This document shows positions 35,636-45,614 of a stretch of 45,692 nt of DNA, piece after piece. A model generated the notes under the pieces. The model ran no database searches, was not told where the DNA came from, and was given only the letters and a program-made list of their open reading frames with translations. Source of the stretch: Gemmatimonadota bacterium. GTDB lineage: Bacteria; Gemmatimonadota; Gemmatimonadetes; Palauibacterales; Palauibacteraceae. Positions within the stretch are counted from its first letter, which is position 1; each line of letters begins with the position of its first letter. The position numbers were made by a program, and so were the translations under genes. Location of the stretch: assembly GCA_046758745.1 (NCBI GenBank), contig JBHIAV010000020.1, positions 1 through 45,692 on the forward strand. The letters run 5' to 3'.

Positions 35636-37783
35636 ATGTCGCCAGAGGCAGTTCGAAAGATCCATTATGGCCGGCAGGCGCGTCGACTCCTCGCGTGGAT
35701 CATGCCGCATCTGGTGCTCGGCGCAGCGCCCGCGGCTCTCTCCGCTCAGGAGACCGAGCCGGCCGAGGCAGACACCACCCCGGCGGCCCGGCACCGCCTG
35801 GAGCAGATCCGGGTCACCGTCACCCGTGGAGAACGGGTCCTCACGCGCCTCCCCTACGCCGTGTCGGTGAGCACCGTCGAGGACCTTCAGAGAGGCGAGC
35901 GGAGCGTCTCGCTGGAGGAGGGTCTGAGGGCGGTGCCGGGGGTGTTCGTCCAGAACCGGAGGAACTTCTCCCTCGGCGATCGGGTGACGATCCGTGGTGT
36001 GGGCTCCCGCGCACAGTTCGGCGTTCGTGGGATCCAGATCCTGGCGGACGGCATCCCGCTGACCCTTCCCGATGGTCAGGCCGTCCTCACCAACCTCGAC
36101 TTGAGCTCGGCCGGCCGCGTGGAGGTGATCCGTGGCCCCGCCTCCGCCCTGCACGGCAACGCCGCCGGAGGCGTGCTCAGCTACTACACCGAGGATTTCG
36201 CCCCCGGCCGCCTCCAGGTGGGTCCGGACGTGACAGGGGGAAGCCACGAGTTCCTGAGCACTCGGATCCGGACCTCGGGGATCCTAGGGAGCTTCGGATA
36301 TCTCGCGAACTTCCGGCGCCTCGAGACCGACGGCTTCCGCGAGCGTGCCCACGCCGAGATGTACTCGGCCAACGTGGTGGGCCGCCAGAAGTTCTCCCCC
36401 TCCACCGAGCTCCGGGGCGTGCTCAACGTCTTCCACATGCCCTTCGGGGAGAACCCGAGCTCGCTGACGCGCGACGACGCGATGAACAACCCGGAGATGG
36501 TGCGCTCGTTCATCATCTCGCAGGGTGCGGGGGAGGAGAACACGCAGGGCCAGCTCGGGCTCGCGCTCACTCATCGGTTCGATTCGGACCATGAGATCCA
36601 GATCGCGGGGTGGGGGCTCGGCCGGAGCATCTGGAACCCGATTCCTGGCCGGATCATCGATCTCTCGCGGGACGCCGGGGGACTACGCCCGATCGTGAGC
36701 GGAACCGAGCGGTTCGGCGGCCAGCGCTCGCTCCGCTGGATCGTCGGGGCGGACGCCGCTCTGCAGAGCGACGACCGGCGCGAGCACCGGAACGAGGGGG
36801 TCGGGGAGTCCGGCGGGCGGGCGGTCGAAGGAGAGCTGCTGCAGGACCAGCGGGAGCGGGTGCTCAGCCTCGGCCCGTTCGCCGAGCTCACCCTCGGGCT
36901 GACCGACGAGTGGCGGGTCACGGTGGCCGGCCGCTACGACGTCTTCGACTTCGATGTGGACGACAAGAAGCTCGATGACGGGGACGACTCCGGCCAACGC
37001 ACTCTCACGCATTTCAGTCCGATGGTGGGGATCACCTACGCGCCCGTCGAGGAGTTCGCGGCCTACGCCAACTTCGCGACCGCCTTCGAGACCCCGACAA
37101 CGAGCGAGCTGTCGAACCGGCCCACCGGTGAGGGCGGTTTCAATCCAGACCTGGACCCGGAGACCATCGAGAGTTTCGAGGTGGGGGTGCGCGGTTGGGT
37201 CGAGGCTGCGAAGCTCCGCTACGGTGTCTCGGGATACCTGGCCACGGCCGACGACGCGCTCCTCCCGTTTCAGGGCCCGACGGAGGAGGTCTTCTTCCGC
37301 AACGCCGGGGAAGTCTCCCGCGATGGGCTCGAGCTCGAGCTCGCCTGGCTCCCGCACGCCAGCGTGGAGACGCGTGTCTCCTACACGTTCCAGGACTTCG
37401 TGCTGGAGGAGTTCGAGACGGATGAGGCGGACTTCTCAGGCAACCGGGAGCCCGGCGTTCCGCGGCACCGGGTCTTCGCGGGAGCGACCTACCGGGCCCC
37501 CTTCGGGCTGCGCTCGGAGGTCAACTTTCAGTGGGTGGATGCGTTCCTGGTGGACGACGCGAACGAGTTCTCCAACTGGTCGTCTCGCGTGGTCGACCTG
37601 CGATTCGACCTCGACCTGCGGGTCGGTCACGCCGCCGTGCAGCCGTACCTCGGGATCGACAACGTGTTCGACGAGCGGTACAACGCGTCCGTGATCCCGA
37701 ACGCGTTCCGCGACCGGTATTACGAGCCGGCGCCGGGCAGGGAGGTGTACGGAGGCCTCAGGGTCCCGGTGGGCATCCGGTAG
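35636..37783 (+). CDS. TonB-dependent receptor, YncD/PqqU-like
   Basis: IRGVGSRAQFGVRGI, DGIPLTLPDGQ, EVIRGPASALHGNAAGGV, FETPTTSELS, YYEPAPGR. ATG after AAGGAGG. Confidence 0.88.
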   Translation: MSPEAVRKIHYGRQARRLLAWIMPHLVLGAAPAALSAQETEPAEADTTPAARHRLEQIRVTVTRGERVLTRLPYAVSVSTVEDLQRGERSVSLEEGLRAVPGVFVQNRRNFSLGDRVTIRGVGSRAQFGVRGIQILADGIPLTLPDGQAVLTNLDLSSAGRVEVIRGPASALHGNAAGGVLSYYTEDFAPGRLQVGPDVTGGSHEFLSTRIRTSGILGSFGYLANFRRLETDGFRERAHAEMYSANVVGRQKFSPSTELRGVLNVFHMPFGENPSSLTRDDAMNNPEMVRSFIISQGAGEENTQGQLGLALTHRFDSDHEIQIAGWGLGRSIWNPIPGRIIDLSRDAGGLRPIVSGTERFGGQRSLRWIVGADAALQSDDRREHRNEGVGESGGRAVEGELLQDQRERVLSLGPFAELTLGLTDEWRVTVAGRYDVFDFDVDDKKLDDGDDSGQRTLTHFSPMVGITYAPVEEFAAYANFATAFETPTTSELSNRPTGEGGFNPDLDPETIESFEVGVRGWVEAAKLRYGVSGYLATADDALLPFQGPTEEVFFRNAGEVSRDGLELELAWLPHASVETRVSYTFQDFVLEEFETDEADFSGNREPGVPRHRVFAGATYRAPFGLRSEVNFQWVDAFLVDDANEFSNWSSRVVDLRFDLDLRVGHAAVQPYLGIDNVFDERYNASVIPNAFRDRYYEPAPGREVYGGLRVPVGIR

Positions 37784-37901
37784 CCGGCAGAGGCGCGCGC
37801 CCGCAGGCGGCCTGCGCGGCGAGCGCGCCCTCGCGGGAGGAGACTTCAGGCGGCGTCCGCTCGCCCGCTCGACCGGAACGGAGGTGCACGGCGCCGGCGA
37901 G

Positions 37902-40100
37902 TCACCGGTCGGCGTCTTGGCCGAAGTTGCGCCGCACGATGACCTTGAGCGCCCGGGCGTTGAGCGGCGAGAGGAAGCGCTCGAGCTCGCCGGTCAGCCC
38001 GTTCTCGTTGAAGGTCCCGAAGATGGGGCGGCGGGAGTCGAACACGTTGCTCACGATGCCCTCGATCTCCCACTGAGCGAAGGCCCAGCCGGCACGGACG
38101 TTCGCCACGAAATACGTGTCCAGAGGCTCGGTCTCGTTGGCCTCGTCGCCTCGCAGCCACTGCGCTCCCACCAGCCGCGCGTCGAGGCCGATGTCGAAGC
38201 CCCCCGGCAGCTCCGTCAGTCCTCCCAACTTCAGCTGGTGGTCCGGCACGAGCGGCATGCGGTCGCCGCTGTGCACGTCGTTGGGGCCTGACAGCGGGCT
38301 GTCCTCGAAGTCATCGTCCGCCCGCACGCTGAACAGCTCGGCCGCAGATCGAAAGGTGGCCCGCGTGTAGGCGTAGCCGACGTAGGCCGATAGGGGCGCA
38401 CCGAGGTCGACGCGCGCCGACAGCTCCACTCCTTCCCTACGAGTGCGCTCTACATTGCGGAAGAAGCCCTCCACCGGGGAGGCCTCCGACGGAACGAAGA
38501 AGATCTCGTCGCGCACCTCCGTGCGATACGCCGAGGCGTCGATGGCCACGGGACCGAGCGCCCAGCGCCCCCCGAGCTCGAAGGTGACCGCGGTGACGGG
38601 ATCCAGCGGAGGGTCTTCGCCCAGGGCGAAGGGCAGCGGGCAGGCGGCCTCGGGGTCGGCGCAGGCGAGCTCCAGGATGGCCGGCGCGCGGAAGCTGGCC
38701 CCCACCGAGGCGTACAGCGAGACATCCGGTTCCACGGCGATGCTCACCCCGCCACGCGGGCTCAGTCGACCGTACGTGCTCGTGGTGTCGCCCGCCGGAT
38801 CGAGGAGGTTGCGGAAGGGGATGCGCACATAGTCGTACCGGGCGCCCGCCGAGAGCGTCGTGCGCCCGACCCGTAGGTCGGCGATCGCGAAGCCCGCCAG
38901 GTCGAGGCTCGGGCTCTCGACATCGGTGGTGATCTCCCCCTCACCTTGGCCGCGCTGCTCCTCGAAGATGCGGATATCCACCCAGTTCGCAGCGGCGTCA
39001 GCGCCGAGGCGAACCGACAGGGTGCTACCGCGGAGCGGCGACGTCCAGCGCCAGTCGGCCGTGCCGCCGACGGAACGGTTGGTGGCGAAAGCCCGGACGT
39101 CGTCCTCGGGCGGCTGGTTGACGTTGAACCGCTCGCCCTCGGAGCGCCGGAAGTAGGCCCGGAGCGAGGCGCGCCCCGTCCCGATAGGCGCGTAGCCGGC
39201 GAGGGAGAACTGCTGGAGGTTGAGGTCTTCGAAGTCCCCGGCCGTGAAGTTCGTCTTCGGAGCCGACTCGAACAGGCTCTCCGGCAGGGAGCCCGCCGTC
39301 TCCGCCCGCGACTCGGCCGCGAATAGCTGTAGGGTGGCGCCGCGGGCGGCGCCGAGCCGGCCCAGGTTCAGGAAGCCGTTCCAGCTTTGCGCCCCGGTGG
39401 CGTCGCGCCATCCGTCCTCCCGTTCGTACCCGCCGCCGAGGTAGTAGTCCCACCCCCCCGACGAACGGCCGCCGAGGGAGCCCTCTGCCGAGAACGCTCC
39501 GAACGATCCGCCCGAGAGCTCGATCTCTCCGGATGGCTCCCCCCTCCCGCGGCGCGTCACAAGGTTGACCGCGCCGCCGAGCGAGTTGGGTCCGAGAAGG
39601 GAACCGGTGCCGCTCAGCAGCTCCACCCGCTCGACATGCTCCATCGGCAGCAGATCGAAGTTCACCTCCTGCGCGTCGGGCTCGTTTTGCCGAACGCCGT
39701 CCAGGAACACCGAGACGCCGGGGGGCAGGCCGAGCGTGGGCCCGACGACGAAGCCGCGGGTGCTCAGGTTCAGCTTGTAGGGCGAGCCGAGATCATCGTA
39801 GAAGGACACCCCTGCCAGCGAGGCCAGGGCGTCCGCCAGGAGGCGCGGCTCCCAGGCGTCGATCTCCCGGCCGGCGAGCACCGAGACGCGGGCCGGGACT
39901 CCGGAGGCGATTCCCGGGCCGGCCGCGGGCACGATCGAGCCGATCACCTCGATCGGCTGCAGCTGAAACGTGGCCGTATCGCGTTTCGCGGCGGTGTCGG
40001 CATCCTGGGCGACCGCCGATCGGGCCAGACCGCCCGCGATCAGGGCGATGAGGACGAAAGCCTTGGCGAATCTCCCTTCCCGGCCACCTGTCATCGTCAT
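37902..40100 (-). CDS. TonB-dependent receptor, LutH/LanA-like
   Basis: RGFVVGPTLGLPPGVSVFLDGVRQNE, VNFDLLP, GPNSLGGAV, RAPAILELACADPEAACPLP..DPPLDPV, RGDEAN. Confidence 0.88.
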   Translation of the reverse strand: MTMTGGREGRFAKAFVLIALIAGGLARSAVAQDADTAAKRDTATFQLQPIEVIGSIVPAAGPGIASGVPARVSVLAGREIDAWEPRLLADALASLAGVSFYDDLGSPYKLNLSTRGFVVGPTLGLPPGVSVFLDGVRQNEPDAQEVNFDLLPMEHVERVELLSGTGSLLGPNSLGGAVNLVTRRGRGEPSGEIELSGGSFGAFSAEGSLGGRSSGGWDYYLGGGYEREDGWRDATGAQSWNGFLNLGRLGAARGATLQLFAAESRAETAGSLPESLFESAPKTNFTAGDFEDLNLQQFSLAGYAPIGTGRASLRAYFRRSEGERFNVNQPPEDDVRAFATNRSVGGTADWRWTSPLRGSTLSVRLGADAAANWVDIRIFEEQRGQGEGEITTDVESPSLDLAGFAIADLRVGRTTLSAGARYDYVRIPFRNLLDPAGDTTSTYGRLSPRGGVSIAVEPDVSLYASVGASFRAPAILELACADPEAACPLPFALGEDPPLDPVTAVTFELGGRWALGPVAIDASAYRTEVRDEIFFVPSEASPVEGFFRNVERTRREGVELSARVDLGAPLSAYVGYAYTRATFRSAAELFSVRADDDFEDSPLSGPNDVHSGDRMPLVPDHQLKLGGLTELPGGFDIGLDARLVGAQWLRGDEANETEPLDTYFVANVRAGWAFAQWEIEGIVSNVFDSRRPIFGTFNENGLTGELERFLSPLNARALKVIVRRNFGQDADR

Positions 40101-40359
40101 GCAAGACGCCGTCCGACCTCTGGAGTTCCGCGGACCCCTCCCCTTCGGCTCGATTCGACGGGCCCGCTCGGGCGGACCCTATTCTCGCTTCCGTAACCGG
40201 GGATCTCAAGCCGACGTCGGGATGCGCATCGCGGGCCGATAAAGCGTTCGGACACCCGCCGCAGTGGCTAGCTCCGCTGCGGCTCGCCGGCGAAAAGCGG
40301 GTCGAGGTCGGCGTCCGCTACGCACCCGACGAGACGGAACGGGCGGGGCCGGGCGCCTC

Positions 40360-41157
40360 TCAGCCTCCTCGCCGCAGGCGGATGTCACCGTTCACGGTCG
40401 AGAGCTCCAGCCGGCGTCCACCGCTCCCGATCGTTCCGCGCATGTTGCGGGCCGAGAAACGTCCGCTGATCGTGAGTGGGAAGTCGGTCTCCAGCCGTCC
40501 GTTCACCGTCCGCGCCCGGACCTCCGTGTTCGTATCGGCGGGGAGATCGAGCGTGATGCTCCCGTTCACGGTCGAGAACTCGAGCTCGTCGTCCCAATTG
40601 GCGCTCCGGAACGCCGCATCGATGGAACCGTTCACGGTCGACGCCTCCGCGAGACCGGATGTCGATACCCTGACATCTCCGTTGACCGTGCTGGCGCGCA
40701 CGTCGCCGCCCAGCGAGCTTGCCTCCACATCGCCGTTCACGGTCTGGCCGACGAAACGAACGCCGCCAGGCAAACGCACGGTGAAGTCGACCTCCACGTC
40801 GTTGTCGTTGGCGCTCAGGTGAGCGGCGCTTCCGGGAGCGCACTTGTTCCGGCGGCCCTTCCTCTTATCCGGGTACACGGCGCAGATCGTCACGCCGCCA
40901 GAGTGCTCCACCACCTCGATCTTCACCTCCGCCGCATCGCTTTTCCTTCCGCGCTTGCGGGCGAGCACCTCTACGTCGCCGCCGGATGCGGACGCGGCCC
41001 GTATGTCTCCGTTGATTCCTTTGACCTCGACGGTCTTCCCCCTCGCCACCCGCCCGCTCCAGCGGAACTCCTGCACGAGGGCGCCTTCCACGCCGCGGAT
41101 GCCGAAGTTTCCCGATGCGGCGACAGCGATGAGACCTGCGAGGGAGAGCATTCGCAT
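40360..41157 (-). CDS. DUF4097 beta-strand-repeat exported protein
   Basis: Repeated TVNGD/TVNGS motifs; signal peptide. Confidence 0.85.
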   Translation of the reverse strand: MRMLSLAGLIAVAASGNFGIRGVEGALVQEFRWSGRVARGKTVEVKGINGDIRAASASGGDVEVLARKRGRKSDAAEVKIEVVEHSGGVTICAVYPDKRKGRRNKCAPGSAAHLSANDNDVEVDFTVRLPGGVRFVGQTVNGDVEASSLGGDVRASTVNGDVRVSTSGLAEASTVNGSIDAAFRSANWDDELEFSTVNGSITLDLPADTNTEVRARTVNGRLETDFPLTISGRFSARNMRGTIGSGGRRLELSTVNGDIRLRRGG

Positions 41158-41244
41158 ATTCCGTTTCCTCCTATCCTTCCGCCCGCTCTGTCATTCTATT
41201 GTTTCGGCCCGCCGCTCTGGCCTCACCCGCGCCCCTCCGGGACC

Positions 41245-42111
41245 TCACGGACAGCTCCCGGCCGGCTGCACCAGCTCGATCAGGCCATCGAACGATTCGA
41301 GCTCCACCAGCGCCTTTCCGGTCCCGAGAGTGAACGAGAAGCGCTTGCTGTCAATCGGCCCATCGAAGCGGATCGGGCAGGGCGCCGAGAACTCGCCGTC
41401 GAAGGTGGCCACGGAAACGCGCGCGTTGACCCGGCCCGTAACGGCCACGCGTAGGTCCCCGTCGTGCGTCGAGAGGAAGTAGCGCCCCCCGTCCTGGATC
41501 GTGCCGTCGTACAGGATGTCGCCCTCCACCGTCGCGACGTCCACGTTTCCGGAGTCCACGCGTTCCAGCGTGATATCGCCGTCCACCCCCTGCACGTTGA
41601 TGTCGCCTTCAACATCCCGGATCTCGACGTATCCGTCCACTGCATTCACCGAGATCTTGCCGCGCGCCCCCTCGAGGGTGATGTCCCCGTCCACGGATTG
41701 GAGGGAGACGAGCCCGTTCCCGCCGCGTACGTCGATGGAGCCCTCCACCGATTGGACCGACACATCGGCCCCCACGCCGTCCAGCGAGACCGTCACTTCG
41801 ACGCCATGGATCTCGATGGCCATAGACCGCGGGATGGTGAGGTCGAAGTTCGCGACCGAAGGCCCCCCATATCGCGATTCGACCTCGAGGGTAACCGTCG
41901 AGCCCGAGGTCAGGACGTCGACCCGGTCGCGGCTGCCATGATCGACTCGTGCCCGGACCGCCTCGCGCTTCCACGTGTGGATGTCCACCAATCCGGCCAC
42001 GTTGTGCAAAGAGAGGCGGCCGTTCGGCGGCACCGAGAAGGTGGTGTCCGTCTGCTGCGCCAGGGCCAGGGTCGCCGTCAGCGCGGCCGCGAGGTTGATC
42101 AGCATCGGCAT
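41245..42111 (-). CDS. DUF4097 beta-strand-repeat exported protein
   Basis: Repeated SVEG/SVDGDI motifs; signal peptide; part of the ECF operon. Confidence 0.85.
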   Translation of the reverse strand: MPMLINLAAALTATLALAQQTDTTFSVPPNGRLSLHNVAGLVDIHTWKREAVRARVDHGSRDRVDVLTSGSTVTLEVESRYGGPSVANFDLTIPRSMAIEIHGVEVTVSLDGVGADVSVQSVEGSIDVRGGNGLVSLQSVDGDITLEGARGKISVNAVDGYVEIRDVEGDINVQGVDGDITLERVDSGNVDVATVEGDILYDGTIQDGGRYFLSTHDGDLRVAVTGRVNARVSVATFDGEFSAPCPIRFDGPIDSKRFSFTLGTGKALVELESFDGLIELVQPAGSCP

Positions 42112-42164
42112 CTATCCTTATCTCGTTCCTTCGCGAATCCGTTTCGCTTCATGCGCCGGCTCGC

Positions 42165-42881
42165 TCACGTGCGGGCCAGCGCGTTCGCTCGCCGCAGAAG
42201 CTCCACCTTTCGCGCCATCGCCTGACTCAGGTGCCGATTCAGGTAGGCGTTGGCCGGGTCGGCCTGCAGCGCCCGTCGCGCCTGTTCGATCGCCCCGTCG
42301 ATGGTGGCCAGGCTCTTCTCGATGATCGCGACGGTAGCGGGATCGAGCCGCTCCTTCCCGACGGTCAGCCTGAGCTCCAGCTCACGGATCGCGGCCTCGT
42401 ACGCCGCGGCGGGCGAAGAGGACGTCGAGATGAGGGCCGCGGGCCGCCGCCCCTCTCCCGCCTGGCCGACCCCCGCAGCTCCCGAGCCGCGACCGAACCA
42501 CACGGCGCTCCCGCCGAGGAGAAGGAAGGCCACCGCTGCCGCGACGAGCTGGGGAACGGTGAGGGCGACCCTTCGGCGTGCGGCGCGCGCCGCGCGCTGG
42601 GCCGGGAGATCGACGATTGCGGATGACCCGCCGCCGGCCACGGCGGCCCGGGCAGTCCCTGCGGAGGACGCCGCTAGACGCGCGACGATTCCCGGCCACA
42701 GGTCCGTCACCGGGGGGCGGTCTTCGACAGCGGCCGCCTCGCGCTTCACCGCCCGCAGAGCCTCGAGCGTCCGCCCGCAAGCGACGCATCCGCTCAGGTG
42801 CGTCTCGAGGGCCTGGCGATCCGCCACAGACAGCTCCTCGTCCAGATACTCCGAAAGCCGCTCCATCCACGGGTCGCTCAT
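42165..42881 (-). CDS. zf-HC2 zinc-binding anti-sigma factor
   Basis: LSEYLD...HLSGCVAC (HxxxCxxC) and one TM segment; follows the ECF sigma. Alternative GTG 42893. Confidence 0.88.
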   Translation of the reverse strand: MSDPWMERLSEYLDEELSVADRQALETHLSGCVACGRTLEALRAVKREAAAVEDRPPVTDLWPGIVARLAASSAGTARAAVAGGGSSAIVDLPAQRAARAARRRVALTVPQLVAAAVAFLLLGGSAVWFGRGSGAAGVGQAGEGRRPAALISTSSSPAAAYEAAIRELELRLTVGKERLDPATVAIIEKSLATIDGAIEQARRALQADPANAYLNRHLSQAMARKVELLRRANALART

Positions 42882-42894
42882 CTCTCGCTCCACC

Positions 42895-43467
42895 TCATGT
42901 TGATAGGTACTCCCGCATCATCATCCGGGCGCGATGGAGCTGCGCCTTCGTGGTCCCGGTCGTCACGCCCAGCAATTCCGCGATCTCCGCGTGCTTGTAG
43001 CCCTCCACGTCGTGCAGCACCAAGACCTGTCTGGCCCCGGGCGGGAGGCGCTCGATGCCGGCCTCGAAGTCCACCGCCAGCTCGGTGTGAGCGGGCCGCA
43101 CCGAGAGACGGCCGATCGCCGCCTCGCCGTCGGCCGCGAAGCGCTCCCGTCGGATGCCCAGCCTCTTCCTCCGGGCGAGGATCACGTTGACGGCCAGCCG
43201 ATGCAGCCAGGTACCGAACGTCGAGTCGCCCCGGAAGGTGCCGAGCTTCTCCCAGGTGCGTACGAAGACATCCTGCGTCACCTCGTCGGCCAGATCGGCG
43301 TCGAGCATCCGCCGGCACAGGCTGTGGATCCGGGCCACGTGCCGCCCGTACAGTCGCTCGAACGCCGGCAGGTCGCCTCGCGCCGCCTGGTGTGCATCCG
43401 CGGTGTCGTCCGGGACGCTCCTCGTCTGGTCGATCGGCTCCCTCGCCAAGGCGGTCCGCATCTCCAT
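42895..43467 (-). CDS. ECF RNA polymerase sigma factor
   Basis: GDLPAFERLY, ADEVTQDVF, FGTWLHRLAVN, LHDVEGYKHAEIA, TTKAQLHRAR. Confidence 0.93.
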   Translation of the reverse strand: MEMRTALAREPIDQTRSVPDDTADAHQAARGDLPAFERLYGRHVARIHSLCRRMLDADLADEVTQDVFVRTWEKLGTFRGDSTFGTWLHRLAVNVILARRKRLGIRRERFAADGEAAIGRLSVRPAHTELAVDFEAGIERLPPGARQVLVLHDVEGYKHAEIAELLGVTTGTTKAQLHRARMMMREYLST

Positions 43468-43677
43468 GCACAGGGTGGGATAGCCGCGGGGTGGGAATAG
43501 TTGGAAAGTGCGCTAGATTCCGCCGATGGGCCAGACTTGACCCGAGCGTGGCGGGAGCGACCCGAGTCGCGCGCGGGGCCGCCGGCCCGGCCCAGTCGCC
43601 GGCCACGGGCAGAGGTGGTGCCCCGCCGGGCACCGCGGCGGACCGCCCGCCCCGTCCGAACCAGAAAGGAGGCCGTG

Positions 43678-44205
43678 GTGGGAATCCTCGACGCGCTCCT
43701 CCCCGAGTATGACCACGAGATGGCGGGGACCCGCCGGCTTCTCGAGCGGGTTCCAGGGGAGAAGCTCGACTGGCGGCCGCATCCGAAGTCCATGCCCCTC
43801 GGACGATTGGCCGATCACATCGCCGATATCCCGTCCTGGGTCGGGGCTGTGCTGGGGGCCGATCACTTCGACGTCGCTCACGGGGTGTCGGAGGGCGAGG
43901 GGGAGGAAGGCGGGAGCACGAACGGCTGGCCGGGCTCGGCGGCCTCCATCCTGGAGAAGTTCGACACCAACGTGAGGAGATCCCGTGCGGCGATCGCCGG
44001 GACGAGCGAGGAGGCCCTCGCCGAGCCGTGGAGCCTGCGGAAGGGGGAGGAGGTGCTGTTCACGCAGCCAAGGGGGGCCGCCCTGCAGAGCGTCCTGATC
44101 AACCACATCATCCACCACCGCGGTCAGTTGGGGGTATACCTGCGGTTGAACGACGTTCCCCTCCCGCAGCTGTACGGTCCGACGGCGGACGAGCCGGACT
44201 TCTGA
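43678..44205 (+). CDS. DinB/YfiT-family metalloprotein
   Basis: WRPHPKSM, LADHIA, NHIIHHRGQLGVYLR, PQLYGPTADE. GTG after AAGGAGG. Confidence 0.9.
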   Translation: MGILDALLPEYDHEMAGTRRLLERVPGEKLDWRPHPKSMPLGRLADHIADIPSWVGAVLGADHFDVAHGVSEGEGEEGGSTNGWPGSAASILEKFDTNVRRSRAAIAGTSEEALAEPWSLRKGEEVLFTQPRGAALQSVLINHIIHHRGQLGVYLRLNDVPLPQLYGPTADEPDF

Positions 44206-44530
44206 CGCGGACCCCACGCGATGGGTTGCCTCGCTGTGAAAATTTTTGCGTCGGAGCGGCCGCTTCGTCCTCGGGCAGCGACGCGCTCAGGGACCGGGTG
44301 CCTTCGGAAAAGCCGCCGCCGCCGGTCCGCCGGGCGACGAGGCGGTCCACCTCTAAGCCGTGGCCCGACGGATGGTTGGCCGGTGCACCCATCGGCGACT
44401 GGGAGCTGGCTCCGCTTCGACGCATCCCATGCCCTCCGGACTCCGCCGCACCGCGACACGGTGGCCCGATAGCTGCCCACGCTTTGGGAGCCAGTACGAA
44501 CTCGCGCCACAGCTACTACACGGGGCTCTC

Positions 44531-45541
44531 ATGCGCATGCATCGACCGCTTAGAACTTCGCTCATCGCCGTGACGGCCGCCCTGGTGGGGCTTCCGGACT
44601 CCGCCGGTGCGCAGACGATCGAGGAATCCCTGCGCCGGCTCGGCACGGAGAACGCCATATTGTACGCCCACCCCGTCGTCTCGGGAGTCGGGGCGGCGCT
44701 CAACTCGGGCTTCTACCACACGGCCAGGGCGCACTCTCCGCTCGGGTTCGACTTCGGGATCCGAGCGATGGGCGCTTTCGTGCCCGCCGCGGACCGGGCT
44801 TTCGTTCCCATTCTCCCGGCGTCGCTCGAGTACCGGGGGATCACATACGCCGATCCGTACGGATCGCCCCCCGGCGTGCCGCTCGAGTCTCCGACCGCGC
44901 TGGGCGAGGGAACCGGGATCGTGCTGATGCCTCAGGGCGGATACCGCCAGGCCCTGCTGGCCGCGGGGGAGAACCCCGATGACTTCAACATCCAGTTTCC
45001 GGAAGGCTTCGACTTCCCGGCCGTTCCCATGGCGGTGGCGCAGCTGGGCCTCGGCGTTGGGTTCGGCACCGACGCGATGGTCCGCTTCATACCCAGCGTG
45101 CAGCTGAGCCAGGACGTCGGATCCGTCTCCCTGTTCGGTGTCGGGCTGAAGCACCAGATCGACCGCTGGTTTCCCGGACCCTCCCCGGTGAACCTGTCGG
45201 CGTCGTTCGGCTGGCAGCGGCTGGAGGTGGGAAGCTACCTGGAGGCGCGGGCGAAGCACGCCTCGCTGATCGCCAGCCGGGATGTGGCCTTTCTGACTCT
45301 GTACGCGGGCGGCACGCTGGAGGACACGGACGTGGACATCGAGTACACCGTGTCGAACGCGGCCGGCATTCCCGGCGTTCCGGCCGACGGGGAGGTGATC
45401 GCCTTCACCGACGACTCGGACAACTCGGCGCGGTTCACCGTCGGCTCGACGTTCAACCTCCTGTTGTTGAGGCTGAACGTCGACTACTCGTTCTCGGACT
45501 ACAACGTGCTGAACGTCAACCTGCTGGTGAGCTACCGCTAA
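44531..45541 (+). CDS. probable outer-membrane protein (DUF6588-like)
   Basis: Signal peptide; ALNSGFYHTA, VRFIP, FGVGLKH, alternating beta-strand C-terminus. Confidence 0.7.
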   Translation: MRMHRPLRTSLIAVTAALVGLPDSAGAQTIEESLRRLGTENAILYAHPVVSGVGAALNSGFYHTARAHSPLGFDFGIRAMGAFVPAADRAFVPILPASLEYRGITYADPYGSPPGVPLESPTALGEGTGIVLMPQGGYRQALLAAGENPDDFNIQFPEGFDFPAVPMAVAQLGLGVGFGTDAMVRFIPSVQLSQDVGSVSLFGVGLKHQIDRWFPGPSPVNLSASFGWQRLEVGSYLEARAKHASLIASRDVAFLTLYAGGTLEDTDVDIEYTVSNAAGIPGVPADGEVIAFTDDSDNSARFTVGSTFNLLLLRLNVDYSFSDYNVLNVNLLVSYR

Positions 45542-45583
45542 GAGCCTGTACCCTCCCCCCTCGCCCTGAGTCAGGGGAGCTCA

Positions 45584-45614
45584 GTGTGGGGACGGCCTCG
45601 TGCCGTCCCCACAC
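45584..45614. repeat. 13-bp perfect hairpin (terminator or REP-like)
   Basis: GTGTGGGGACGGC-CTCGT-GCCGTCCCCACAC, with no U-tract. Confidence 0.6.

Noticed and set aside
40360-45541. ECF/anti-sigma/DUF4097, DinB and outer-membrane genes as part of the C1 island
   Set aside because: A common envelope-stress arrangement with no evident C1 link; likely backbone.
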